Part shown: positions 39,181 through 49,541 of the stretch, one piece after another
How positions within the stretch are numbered: position 1 is the stretch's first letter
Layout of the letters: each line of letters opens with the position of its first letter
From: Bacteroidia bacterium
Lineage (GTDB): Bacteria > Bacteroidota > Bacteroidia > NS11-12g > UBA9320
Assembly (NCBI GenBank): GCA_017640445.1
Contig: JAEPQQ010000003.1
Location: 42,543 to 106,542 of the forward strand
Direction of reading: 5' to 3'
Length of the DNA: 64,000 nt
The notes under the pieces: generated by a model
What the model was told of the DNA's origin: nothing
Seen by the model: only the letters and a program-made list of their open reading frames with translations
The model's database searches: none
Made by a program: the position numbers and the translations under genes

Positions 39181-42129
39181 ATGAACCGCTTACGTATTAA
39201 CTCATTGACCAAATCAGTACTAGTTTTACTGGTTGTATTTATTCAAAGTGTCTCTTCCGGTCTTGCGCAAGAGATTAAACTCTTAAAAGACATTTGGGAT
39301 GCCGAGGATCCCGGGAGGTCTTCTACACCTCAACATTTCATTGAATACGGCGACCTGCTGTTGTTTGTTGCGCAAGAAGAAAAAACGGGAGTCGAACTAT
39401 GGTCTACCGACGGAACTGAGGCAGGAACCAAGTTAGTTAAGGATATTTACCAGGGCCCCGCCCCCTCACAGGTCTCACAATTAACGTTATACCAAAACGA
39501 AGTATACTTCACAGCGAACGATGGGGTTCATGGACAAGAACTATGGAAAACGGATGGAACCGAGGCAGGCACGCAAATAGTGGTAGACGCAAACCTAGGT
39601 GCATTAGGCTCCTCCCCTCTCTATCTCACAGCACACGATGGATTCCTTTATTTCTCAGCATGGGATGCTGATCGTGGTCGAGAACTTTGGAAAACCGACG
39701 GTACTTCAGCGGGAACCACTTCGTTCGATCTGGTAACCGGTCGTTTTAGCGGTGACCCAATCTCCATGGTTAGTTATAAAGGTTACCTGTATTTTGGTGG
39801 TAATGACGTTAGCAGCCTTCATAGTCATGACCTGTGGAGAACAGATGGAACCCCCGAAGGAACCGAAAAGATTGGAACAGGCAGCGATCGCTCTGACGTT
39901 TCTGTATCTGCCCTGACAATTTCAGGGAATAATTTATTCTTTAATGCCTTTTCCGACGGGTCAATTAACAAACAACTTTGGGTTACCGATGGTTCAAAAA
40001 CGGGCACCCGCCTGGTCAAAAAAATTGATTACCGGTTTGGCGACAGACAGGGACCTCAATCGATGACACCTGTCAATAATGGCATCTACTTCAGTGCAAT
40101 GGATTCGTTACATGGACGAGAACTCTGGTGGAGCGATGGCACTGAACAAGGCACCTATCTAGTTAAAGATCTGGAACCTGGTGTTGGGAGTTCAGTTCCA
40201 AACTCTTTCACCGAATGGAAGGGCAAGGTTATTTTCAACGCTCACACAAGCCTCTTTGGCCAGGAGCCTTGGTCTACCGATGGCACGGAACAAGGAACTC
40301 AACTGATTAAAGACATAGCCCCCGGAACGTTTAGATCGGTCATTGGTAACAACAGCTATGTACCGTTCAATGGAAGGTTATACTTTACCGCGAATGATGT
40401 TGCACATGGCGATGAGCTTTGGCGAACCGACGGTGATTTTAGTAGTACGGAATTAGTAAAAGACCTATCACCGGGTCTCCCTGGATCGTCACCCTTTTTC
40501 CTAACCCCGTTTAAAAACAAACTGATCTTTGCTGCCGGTGATACAGCTGTTGGCAGGGAGTTGTGGATATCCGATGGCACCGAGCATGGCACCAAGGTAC
40601 TTGCGAACATTTATTCGTATCCGGGCAGTTCGCAACCAATCGGAATTACAGTAGTAGGCAACGACTTATATTTCAATGCAAATCATCCGGTTAACGGGTT
40701 CGAGCTTTGGAAATCAGATGGGACAGAAGATGGTACCTTTCTCGTACACGATATTCTTCCCGGAAAAGATGGTTCTTTCCCCCAATTCATGACGGCCGGA
40801 GAGGGCAACGTTTTCTTCATTGCCACCGATGAAGACCATGGAAGAGAACCCTGGTTTAGCGACGGAAATGAGACCCGACTTGTAAAAGACGTCAACCAGG
40901 GAATCGCAAGCTCCTCCCCCTTTAGCCTCACTCGCTTTAAGGACCATATTTATTACGTAACCCGGAATGAGATTTCGGGCTTCATGCTCCGAAGGATGAA
41001 TGTTCACACGGGCAAGTCATCCTTGGTTAAAAGCTTCTTCATCGGGTTTCAGTCTACGTCACCTGGTCAGCTAACCGTATGCCGTGGTCGTTTGTTTTTT
41101 ACCGTTTTCCACGAAGAAACTGGATCTGAACTGTGGTCTACCGATGGAACTGAAGCCGGGACCAAACTGGTTAAAGATATTTGTCCAGGTATCTGTTCAT
41201 CATCCCCTAGAAACCTGTTCAACCACAATGAAATTCTGTACTTTACCGCTCGCGGTGAAACTACCGGAACTGAATTGTGGCGATCAGACGGAACACCCGA
41301 GGGTACCCGACTGGTTAAGGATGTTCGCACGGGGTCGGGACATGCAGAATCACGCCCCATGATTAGCCTGGGAGACCTCCTGTTCTTTTCGGCAATCGAT
41401 CTTAGCGGCAGGTATGGACTATGGAAAACGGATGGCACAACCGCAGGCTCCCGACGAGTTAAAGATGTGAGCCCAGGTTTCTTATCGTCAGGCTTTCTGG
41501 ATGCTGTGGTTATGGACGGCATCGTTTACTTCTCGGCATCGCAATACGGGTCAAACAATTACGAGTTATGGCGCAGTGATGGAACTGAAAAAGGCACGTT
41601 TCTGATTAAAGACATTAATCCAAAACCCTATGGTTCCAACCCTAGCCAGTTTACTAACTTCTATGGCCAACTGTATTTTATTGCAACCGACGAACAGGGC
41701 ACCGAACTATGGACGAGCGATGGTACAGAAGACGGTACGCGTATGGTGCAAGACCTATACCCAGGTCTATGGGCGTCTCACCCTCAGGAATTAACGATTG
41801 TTGGACAACGATTATACTTTGTAGCAACTACTTACGATCACGGACGAGAGATCTACTACATAGAGGACCCCAGCATCGTTTTGCCCGAACCAGACCCAAT
41901 ACCGCACTGGTATTATCCAAATCCTTCTAACGGTTTGTTAACGATTGAACTTCAGGAGTTTGATTATACCGCGCCCGTCGGTTTTGAGATCATTGACGTT
42001 ACTGGGCGCCTTCATATGGTTGGGCAGGTAAAAAACCCAAAACAAGACATCGATGTTTCGCGACTTCTTAATGGTATGTATATCGTGAAATTGTCGAACG
42101 GACTGTCAGGTAAACTGATCCGATTTTAA
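39181..42129 (+). CDS. ELWxxDGT-repeat protein with T9SS type A sorting domain
   Basis: About 16 recognisable (E)LWxxDGT repeats; signal peptide; C-terminal YPNPS...GMYIVK. Confidence 0.9.
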   Translation: MNRLRINSLTKSVLVLLVVFIQSVSSGLAQEIKLLKDIWDAEDPGRSSTPQHFIEYGDLLLFVAQEEKTGVELWSTDGTEAGTKLVKDIYQGPAPSQVSQLTLYQNEVYFTANDGVHGQELWKTDGTEAGTQIVVDANLGALGSSPLYLTAHDGFLYFSAWDADRGRELWKTDGTSAGTTSFDLVTGRFSGDPISMVSYKGYLYFGGNDVSSLHSHDLWRTDGTPEGTEKIGTGSDRSDVSVSALTISGNNLFFNAFSDGSINKQLWVTDGSKTGTRLVKKIDYRFGDRQGPQSMTPVNNGIYFSAMDSLHGRELWWSDGTEQGTYLVKDLEPGVGSSVPNSFTEWKGKVIFNAHTSLFGQEPWSTDGTEQGTQLIKDIAPGTFRSVIGNNSYVPFNGRLYFTANDVAHGDELWRTDGDFSSTELVKDLSPGLPGSSPFFLTPFKNKLIFAAGDTAVGRELWISDGTEHGTKVLANIYSYPGSSQPIGITVVGNDLYFNANHPVNGFELWKSDGTEDGTFLVHDILPGKDGSFPQFMTAGEGNVFFIATDEDHGREPWFSDGNETRLVKDVNQGIASSSPFSLTRFKDHIYYVTRNEISGFMLRRMNVHTGKSSLVKSFFIGFQSTSPGQLTVCRGRLFFTVFHEETGSELWSTDGTEAGTKLVKDICPGICSSSPRNLFNHNEILYFTARGETTGTELWRSDGTPEGTRLVKDVRTGSGHAESRPMISLGDLLFFSAIDLSGRYGLWKTDGTTAGSRRVKDVSPGFLSSGFLDAVVMDGIVYFSASQYGSNNYELWRSDGTEKGTFLIKDINPKPYGSNPSQFTNFYGQLYFIATDEQGTELWTSDGTEDGTRMVQDLYPGLWASHPQELTIVGQRLYFVATTYDHGREIYYIEDPSIVLPEPDPIPHWYYPNPSNGLLTIELQEFDYTAPVGFEIIDVTGRLHMVGQVKNPKQDIDVSRLLNGMYIVKLSNGLSGKLIRF

Positions 42130-42695
42130 GATAACATCTTACCCACCTGTTGCTCTACGGCCTCAAACAAGTGCTCAGGCTTTTTGGTTTTCCAGTTCCA
42201 GGTAGCCTCGTCATCCTCCTCCAGGCGAACGTAGGAATCAATACCCGCAGCCTCCATCTCATCCATAACGTGGTCCCGAAAATGTAAGAAAGCCACCCAA
42301 CCACCCGGGGTATCTTCCCACCACTCCTGGTAATACGAATCATCGCTGGCATGAAAGTTCAACACGTTTTCACCTAGAAGTATGAACTTCTCAATTCCAC
42401 ATTCCAACATTTCATCAATGATTTCTCGCTTTAATGTTGCGATGTCGTTGTTAATACAATCGTTCCACTCTCCTATCATCTCAAGAATGGCATACCCCTT
42501 CTCATAATCAACAAACAATACTTTTAGGAGCAACGTATCACTTCCAAAGTAGTCCCACTGCGGATGAATAGCATAGTTGTATATTTTGTTCGTAAACTCG
42601 AACTGGCTATGTTCCGTGTTATAAAAGGGACTGTCGGCATCGTCGCTGGCCCGATACAAGTGTCTCCAAAGAAAATGTGGTTCAATCTGATGCAT
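42126..42695 (-). CDS. Hypothetical protein, possibly STAS-like
   Basis: Overlaps the GT2 stop; IGEWND motif; C-terminal half resembles the STAS pattern. Confidence 0.6.
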   Translation of the reverse strand: MHQIEPHFLWRHLYRASDDADSPFYNTEHSQFEFTNKIYNYAIHPQWDYFGSDTLLLKVLFVDYEKGYAILEMIGEWNDCINNDIATLKREIIDEMLECGIEKFILLGENVLNFHASDDSYYQEWWEDTPGGWVAFLHFRDHVMDEMEAAGIDSYVRLEEDDEATWNWKTKKPEHLFEAVEQQVGKMLS

Positions 42696-43614
42696 GTTCG
42701 ATATTGGAATCCTGTATTACATACAACGGACGCTCCTTAATGTTTTCATTAATTCGACTGATGTATTCGCCAATGATTCCAATTCCGATGAGTTGAATGC
42801 CTCCGATAAATACCATTGTCACCATTTGCGACGCCCAACCCGGCTGATAATCTTTGATTACATAGCGCGAATACAATGTATAGAGTATGAGCAAAAAACC
42901 TATAAACGAGAAAACAAATCCCGATATCGTTGCAATTTTCAGCGGCCAGTTACTAAACGATGTAATACCATCCAATGCAAACCGTATCATTTTAGCATAA
43001 CTGTAACCCGTTTCCCCACTCATTCGCTCCTCGCGTTCGTAGGTCACATCAGTTTGGTTAAAACCGATCCATGATATCTGCCCCCTCAGAAACTTCTGAC
43101 GTTCAGGCATCTTACGAAGCTGTTGTACCACTTTTCGATCGATGATCCGGAAATCACCTGTATCTAATGGAATGTCAATTTGTGTAATACGGTTTAACAC
43201 CCGATAAAACCACTTAGCAGTGGCTCGTTTCATTATGGACTCACCTTTACGTTGTGCACGTTTGGCATACACAACCTCGTATCCTTCCAGGCTTTTTAGA
43301 TACAGTTGTTCAATCACCTCCGGCGGATCCTGGCCATCAGCATCAATGATCACCACCTTATCTCCGGTAACATGATCGAGGCCCGCACTAACTGCAATTT
43401 GATGACCAAAATTGCGACTGAAGTGAATGTACTTCACCTCCTGGTGTTCCTTAGCCAATTGGTTCAACACCTGTTTGCTACTGTCTGAGCTTCCATCATT
43501 CACATAAACAAACTCCCCTTCCACATTCAGCTTTTCCAACACGGCAGTAATACGCTCGTACATGGGCACGATGTTGTCTTCTTCATTGTAAATGGGAATG
43601 ATTACAGAAATCAT
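42682..43614 (-). CDS. GT2 glycosyltransferase (GtrB/YkoT-like, polyprenyl-phosphate)
   Basis: VIIPIYNEE, VNDGSSD, SRNFGHQ, DADGQDPP, TGDFR, two C-terminal TM helices, RPLY. Confidence 0.92.
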   Translation of the reverse strand: MISVIIPIYNEEDNIVPMYERITAVLEKLNVEGEFVYVNDGSSDSSKQVLNQLAKEHQEVKYIHFSRNFGHQIAVSAGLDHVTGDKVVIIDADGQDPPEVIEQLYLKSLEGYEVVYAKRAQRKGESIMKRATAKWFYRVLNRITQIDIPLDTGDFRIIDRKVVQQLRKMPERQKFLRGQISWIGFNQTDVTYEREERMSGETGYSYAKMIRFALDGITSFSNWPLKIATISGFVFSFIGFLLILYTLYSRYVIKDYQPGWASQMVTMVFIGGIQLIGIGIIGEYISRINENIKERPLYVIQDSNIEHASD

Positions 43615-43819
43615 GGTTCAAAGAAAGTACTTTTAGTTATAATTCTCTGTAACTAAAATCAAGGTGGTGCGTAATACCTATAACTGCACAAACCTTTATT
43701 GTCACTCATGTAGACCCTATATTTCCCTTATCTTAAAAAAGATAGTCCGTTTCCAACTAACTAGCTAATTTGAGCCCTTTATCATAAATTTGGGCAACTT
43801 AAAAATTAATTCAAAATCT

Positions 43820-45193
43820 ATGTCTGATTCTTTTGATTTACTTGACCAATTAGGTGACCAGAAAAAAGTAGAAAACCTTAAAGCAAAACTTGAAAAAAAG
43901 TCCAACGAAAACATTGCAACCAAACTGGACAAAATAGAAGCCGAAATCGAGAAAGCAGTTGGCGAAAACCGCTCTTCTGAAGAAATCGTTAGCAATATTA
44001 TTAACTCCAACTTCGATACGTTAAACGGCGATGTGGAGGCCACTGAACAAGACCTTCAGGAACTCATGCTTCACCTCCGGTCCATGCTGGACAGTTGTGG
44101 TGGGGAGTTTTCTAAACTTCAGGAGTTAAACACGTCGGAACAGAAGTTGATCGACAACGCAACAAAAGCCCGGGAAGAGGCTGAACAAGAAGCCAAAGAT
44201 GCTGAGTCTATGTCGAATGCCTGGAACATTTTGTTTGGGTATAAAAACAGCAAGGTAAAACGTACAAAAGCCGAACTCGAGCAGAAAGTAGAAGCGCTGA
44301 AAGCAGCCGAGGCAGAAGCGCAGAAACGTTATCGCGACCGACTTAAAAATGCCGACATCGGTGAAAGTCTGAACCGTATCATTAGCCAGGTTCAAGGAAT
44401 GGTTGGTATCGTAGAGGAAATGATTCTGGAAGTTGACAACCAGATTGTTGCCCTGAAAAACCGTAAAGAGCTTGCTTTCGAAACCAAGGAAAAAGCAGCT
44501 CAGGTTATGGAAGATCGGAAAACCGACCTCGAAGAGGTTGAGAACCAACTGAAACAAGCGGAGACCGAACTAACTGAACTTCCGAACAACAGCCCTGAAT
44601 ATACGGAACAACAGAAAAAAGTTGCTGACTTGAAAGAACGTCGTGCCGACTTAAAAGGAAAATTCAACATTGCGCTTGGTATTTTCCAGTCGAAGGAACG
44701 TTTTGTTGATCAGATTGTAGTTCACCTGGAAGCACAAACCACTACCAAAAACAACTTAAAACAGTTGATTGGTCAGTTGAAGAGTGACACGGAAGAGCGT
44801 GTAACCACGTATGAATCAGGATTACAGCTTATTCAGTCTGCAACGGCTCAGGAAGCTGCCTCTATGTATGAGGAAGCAGGTGTAAAGACCGATCAGAAAA
44901 TTACTGAGATCGCTGCCAAGGTATTGGTGGGTTCCGAAAAAGATCGTATCGAGCGTGTGAAGAAACATCCTCAGCGTATGACGGAACTTCACAAGGTGCT
45001 TGTTGCCATGGCTGAAGCTACCGCCAAATACAAAGCAGAAGATGCTAAGATAATGGAAGAGCACAGCAAAAAGTTTGGCATCGACGTTAGCCAAACATTC
45101 TCCCATAAATACGAGAAAAACAGCGAACCGTCGAACAACGATGGTGGTTCTTCTGAGCCAACAAATGATTCTGTAAACGAATTGATGGACTAA
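43820..45193 (+). CDS. Long coiled-coil protein of unknown function (first gene of the AAA operon)
   Basis: Heptad-rich, E/K/Q/A-rich, almost all helical. TAAATTTG -7 box at 43785 supports ATG 43820. Confidence 0.75.
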   Translation: MSDSFDLLDQLGDQKKVENLKAKLEKKSNENIATKLDKIEAEIEKAVGENRSSEEIVSNIINSNFDTLNGDVEATEQDLQELMLHLRSMLDSCGGEFSKLQELNTSEQKLIDNATKAREEAEQEAKDAESMSNAWNILFGYKNSKVKRTKAELEQKVEALKAAEAEAQKRYRDRLKNADIGESLNRIISQVQGMVGIVEEMILEVDNQIVALKNRKELAFETKEKAAQVMEDRKTDLEEVENQLKQAETELTELPNNSPEYTEQQKKVADLKERRADLKGKFNIALGIFQSKERFVDQIVVHLEAQTTTKNNLKQLIGQLKSDTEERVTTYESGLQLIQSATAQEAASMYEEAGVKTDQKITEIAAKVLVGSEKDRIERVKKHPQRMTELHKVLVAMAEATAKYKAEDAKIMEEHSKKFGIDVSQTFSHKYEKNSEPSNNDGGSSEPTNDSVNELMD

Positions 45194-45212
45194 GGCCCGC
45201 GAAAACTGAAAT

Positions 45213-46310
45213 TTGAAGACAATTGACATAAACAATCACTTTACAGAGCTCGACCGAAGCATTCTGGAAGGTGAAACTGCATACTCTGATTACTTCAACT
45301 ACGTTCGGGATTGTTTGAACATCTTATTAAGCTCGTTCGACAACATCACCACGCAAAGCTCGCTTGAAATCAAAGTGCTTAAGAGTTTCTCTCAGAAGTT
45401 CTTAAATACGATTGAAGCATTTCGACTCAAGTATGCCTTTGAGGATGAAAGCCCCATGCGTATTGACTTGACAGAAAGTGGCTTCCCGAACTTTATGGAG
45501 TTTAAGAAGTTAAACGACGACATTGATCGAAAGGAGACTGCTTTGGAGAAACTACCTAGTCAGGACTCACTCAAACAAAGTATTCTGGACCACCTGATTC
45601 GAAAAAAAGAGGACCCAAGGCACCTACTTAAGCAACTGAGCCGATCGAGCTATTACATACGTTTGAAATGGAGCAACCTGTTTACAGAATTCACTCCAGG
45701 AACACTGGAACTTCTGAATGAACATACCGATAAAGCTCGTACCCGAACGTATTTCTACTCCTGGGCGTCTTACGACAGTGTAACAAACAAGCCTTTCATT
45801 TACACCATGGTCTTCGACAACAAGGCCATCTCGAAAGAAGGCGTCACCGACGTAGACAAAGACCCCGGTTTTGTTGAAACAATTAAACGTGTAACGCACA
45901 ATACTTCTCCATTGAAGGTAATTGCTTCCGACATCGACAATGCCTACGAAAGTGTTATGCCCAAGGTAATCAAACGTATTGAAATTGGTCCAATCTTCGG
46001 GAAGTATGCACAGGACAAACATCCGCATACACTGCTTATAAAAAAGCAATTTTCGGACGACGATTTCATCTTTACATACAACACAGAAATCGTCTTTTCA
46101 ACAGGTGAAAAACGAACCAAGTCCTTCCTGTCTAAAGGGGAGCTCCGGCAGGTGTTCTATGTCGACGAGTCGAACAAGGAGTGTATGGAAAAAATGGTCT
46201 CCGACTATCATACATACCTGATCACTTCTCACAAGGTACTGCAATACCTTAACGACAATGAACCCGACATGTTAAAGGATCTTTCGGCACCTGTTTACAC
46301 CTACAACTGA
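45213..46310 (+). CDS. Hypothetical cytoplasmic protein (AAA operon)
   Basis: 365-aa ORF in a tight operon; ESGFP and WASYDS motifs; no recognisable catalytic signature. Confidence 0.7.
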   Translation: MKTIDINNHFTELDRSILEGETAYSDYFNYVRDCLNILLSSFDNITTQSSLEIKVLKSFSQKFLNTIEAFRLKYAFEDESPMRIDLTESGFPNFMEFKKLNDDIDRKETALEKLPSQDSLKQSILDHLIRKKEDPRHLLKQLSRSSYYIRLKWSNLFTEFTPGTLELLNEHTDKARTRTYFYSWASYDSVTNKPFIYTMVFDNKAISKEGVTDVDKDPGFVETIKRVTHNTSPLKVIASDIDNAYESVMPKVIKRIEIGPIFGKYAQDKHPHTLLIKKQFSDDDFIFTYNTEIVFSTGEKRTKSFLSKGELRQVFYVDESNKECMEKMVSDYHTYLITSHKVLQYLNDNEPDMLKDLSAPVYTYN

Positions 46311-46311
46311 T

Positions 46312-48270
46312 ATGGAAAAACAAGAATCATCATTATTAAAAATTAAGGAGGATGACCTCCTTGTCTATAAAGACGACATAACGGCGTACCTGAAACAAGT
46401 AAGCTGGCTGCCCGATGGGAAGTCTTCTACAACCATTGATCTGAACTTCTTAACCAACGTTAGTAAGGCTCTTGATCTGAACCAGGAAGACACAGTTTCC
46501 ATTTTAAAGGAAGCCGTTCGAATCAGCAACGACCGAGTTATTCTATCGAATGCAAGCAATCATGTGCTTAACGCTGTTCGGAAAGGTTATACCATTGGTA
46601 AATATCTGGCCAACCTTTATTCGGAAGCGAGTGGGCTTGAACTGCTTCAGCAAAAGAATCAAAACGGTAGTCTTCACCAGTCGGAGCTACCCGAGTTTCA
46701 CGATAAAAGTCAAACTCAGAGTGCTGTTTTATTGTTCGGTTCAGCGTCTTACATCAAGTTTGCGTTGCAGGATTATTTGGCGGACCAGGTTTCAAGCATT
46801 CAGATCGACTTTGGCGGAATACCTCAGCTTAGTCTTACACGCCCGTCAAAGGCCATACAATGTAGCCTTTATTATTTCGGCGCCTATTTGGAGCGATCGG
46901 GTGTGGTTACATCCGACCTGCACCTTGTCAAACTGACCTTACTGTACTTTGAACGGGTTATTGAAGAGGTGCTTCTTCGAAAGAACGCCTTGAAATATTT
47001 GGAAGCCTTTAACCAGAACCATTACAAACTGGAAAACTCTGAGTTTATGGTTCAGGGGCTTGAAGCTCCCTCTTCCATTTCAGTTAAGGGCATGCAATTC
47101 AACCCTACCCGAATGGAGGACATTGTTGCCAATAAACAGGCTAAGCACTTATTTAAGCGATATGCTGAACGACTGCTTTGTTATGATTTTGACGCACGAA
47201 AAAACCCCATCAACGAACTTGGTGGCTTGCCGTCTATAACCATGGCTGATGGGAAGCCCGGTACAGGTAAGAGTATGCTCATTGCCGCAACTGCTACCTT
47301 GCTCCAGGAACGTTGTGATCAATTGGGTCACAACTTCTTGTTCTGGCCACTTCCAGAGACCATTGTTTCGACCTTTCAAGGAGGAACCGCCGAGCGGGCA
47401 ATGGAGTGGTTCAAACCCATGCAGGACCCTAACAAAATTGTATTTGCACCAATAGACGATGCAGAAAACAACCTGGAAGAGCGAACTCGTCAGGGAGTAT
47501 CTGCCGGTGTTCGAGAGTTTATCGGGGTATTCCTCCGAAATACTGAAGGTGCATACGCCATCAATCACGGAAACCGGTTAATGAGTCTGTTTACCAATAT
47601 TCCCGACCAAATTGACAAGGCCGTTTTGTCACGGATTCAAATGCGCATCTCGATGGAGGGAGCCACCTCCAAATATGACTTTATCGATCAGGATTACCTA
47701 TGGTGGAAAAAGTACAACGAACTGGATTCCAAATTCGTAGACAATAAAAAACCAAAGGCTTATGAATACATGGAAGCCCAAAAGGCCGCTACCTCGATCA
47801 ACGAACTTGTAGCAACCCAATATCGCTTTGGCAACACCGACGTGGAAGAAATGTTCCATGCCGTACAAAAAGAAATGGATGTTCAAAGCCATGAATTCTT
47901 TGGCGTATTCTACAATCGGATTTTGGAAAAGTATCCGTTCTTTTCATCGCGCGACCTTCGTAACATTCAGAAGGCGGTAGATGCGCGATTAATAGACTTT
48001 GACCTGCCATCGGTGTGGTGGGACAACCCGGATGACTTCTTTAACCAGGCGTATGACAAAAAGCTCGACATCCTTAAAGACCTGATGAAGCAAAACATGA
48101 AGGGAGTTTCGTTTGGCGATGTGCGACTTTATGAGGCCTTGAACTACATAGAGAACTCCATTCGTATCAACGAAACGGGAGTAAACAGAGAAATTAAAGC
48201 CCGCGCAAAACAACTGTATATACAGCAGCAGGCAAACGAAGAATTAAGGAAGGGAAACATCCATGATTAA
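46312..48270 (+). CDS. Classic-clade AAA+ ATPase with long N-terminal domain
   Basis: Walker A GKPGTGKS (47251-47274), pore loop VSTFQG, Walker B-like APIDDAE, SRH TNIPDQIDKAVLSR, lid FSSRDLRNI. Confidence 0.88.
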   Translation: MEKQESSLLKIKEDDLLVYKDDITAYLKQVSWLPDGKSSTTIDLNFLTNVSKALDLNQEDTVSILKEAVRISNDRVILSNASNHVLNAVRKGYTIGKYLANLYSEASGLELLQQKNQNGSLHQSELPEFHDKSQTQSAVLLFGSASYIKFALQDYLADQVSSIQIDFGGIPQLSLTRPSKAIQCSLYYFGAYLERSGVVTSDLHLVKLTLLYFERVIEEVLLRKNALKYLEAFNQNHYKLENSEFMVQGLEAPSSISVKGMQFNPTRMEDIVANKQAKHLFKRYAERLLCYDFDARKNPINELGGLPSITMADGKPGTGKSMLIAATATLLQERCDQLGHNFLFWPLPETIVSTFQGGTAERAMEWFKPMQDPNKIVFAPIDDAENNLEERTRQGVSAGVREFIGVFLRNTEGAYAINHGNRLMSLFTNIPDQIDKAVLSRIQMRISMEGATSKYDFIDQDYLWWKKYNELDSKFVDNKKPKAYEYMEAQKAATSINELVATQYRFGNTDVEEMFHAVQKEMDVQSHEFFGVFYNRILEKYPFFSSRDLRNIQKAVDARLIDFDLPSVWWDNPDDFFNQAYDKKLDILKDLMKQNMKGVSFGDVRLYEALNYIENSIRINETGVNREIKARAKQLYIQQQANEELRKGNIHD

Positions 48271-49534
48271 ACTGATCCAAAACGGTTTATTTGGTCATTC
48301 ACTGGTACAAGTGAGTACCGAGTCGATGATTAAACGATACAACGACTGTTTGAAGGATATTGGCCTTGCCCCAACGAGGTTGACGTCGTTTCACATCGAC
48401 GGCTGGGGTTGGAGTCCGGAGATTGCTGAGGAACAGGGTGACCGGTTTTATCTGTCTCACGGTTTGGCGAATCCATATGGGATTATAGTAAGTCCCAAAC
48501 AAGCTAATAGCTCCATCTATTTACCTTATCATAGTTTCGACAGGGCAATTCACAAGACCATATTTGAGCAGTACGCTGATCAAATCAAAGACATTACATC
48601 GCGATCGGGCCTATGGTTTGAACTTGACCAGGAAATATCGGCTTACCGATCACCGCAGGACCTACTGATGGTTGATTATGTGAAATTGAACTTCTTTTCA
48701 GTAGATCGCATTATGACCGCCGCTCAGGATCAACGGGCACTGATTCGGGAGTTCTACGACAAACCTCATGCCTGGTCGAACGACGAACTTCGACAACGCA
48801 TCATCGATAGCAGTGAGCGTCATGGAGACCTGAGGTACTCAAAATTTGAGATACCCGCTCATCCTTTCAACGAAATCGAGAACTTCTTCACGGTTGCTTT
48901 TAACGGTGTATACGTGTTTAAAAAACTTCCAAACGGCAAACCTCTTCTGGTACACCAGTCGGGCGATTCCAGCGTATCGGGAGAAACGAAACACGGGCAC
49001 GTAGAATACAACGTCAACGATCCTGAACTCATCAGCTATCTGTACAATGCGGGTATGATCTCGAACAACATCAAACTGTTTGAAGAGCACCCTGTGCTGT
49101 TGGAACTTATGCAAGAGCATCTTTTGTTAGAAGCCGCGTCCAAGTTAGAAGAACCAGTGGACTTCTCAACCATCAACGCTACGCAAAAGAAAGGTGTAGT
49201 GAATCGGCTGATGAAGCAAAACCTTCTTGGAGATGCCTACTTTGAGTTCGAACGGCTCATTATGGATGTTCGCGATGGTTCCGTTGGCGCGTCTTACTCT
49301 ATACCCGATGTTTTACGCCCGTTTTTGCTGAACCCTGAAGCCAAGCTTTCGTCTCAGGAAAAACTGGTGTTGTGGCAGTTGTTATGCACCTACAACCCGG
49401 CCAACCCGGTGTTCACCTATTTGTTTGACAAATCAAGTTTTTACTCTCAGTATAAAACCTGGGATGAAAAACTGCAGCTTTGGATTATCCAAAAAATACT
49501 CGCTCATAAAGAAATTTTTAACGCCTTGATTTAG
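48263..49534 (+). CDS. DUF6638-like protein
   Basis: N-terminus LI..GL...RYN..L...T.LT.FHID..G.SPEI..E.GD..YL matches my recollection of DUF6638, a family I recall beside AAA ATPases. Overlaps the ATPase stop. Confidence 0.6.
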   Translation: MIKLIQNGLFGHSLVQVSTESMIKRYNDCLKDIGLAPTRLTSFHIDGWGWSPEIAEEQGDRFYLSHGLANPYGIIVSPKQANSSIYLPYHSFDRAIHKTIFEQYADQIKDITSRSGLWFELDQEISAYRSPQDLLMVDYVKLNFFSVDRIMTAAQDQRALIREFYDKPHAWSNDELRQRIIDSSERHGDLRYSKFEIPAHPFNEIENFFTVAFNGVYVFKKLPNGKPLLVHQSGDSSVSGETKHGHVEYNVNDPELISYLYNAGMISNNIKLFEEHPVLLELMQEHLLLEAASKLEEPVDFSTINATQKKGVVNRLMKQNLLGDAYFEFERLIMDVRDGSVGASYSIPDVLRPFLLNPEAKLSSQEKLVLWQLLCTYNPANPVFTYLFDKSSFYSQYKTWDEKLQLWIIQKILAHKEIFNALI

Positions 49535-49541
49535 CGCTTCT

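Noticed and set aside
39181-42129. DNA-level repeats that might suggest a CRISPR or other array
   Set aside because: They are degenerate codings of the ELWxxDGT protein repeat; no constant repeat-spacer structure and no cas genes in the window.
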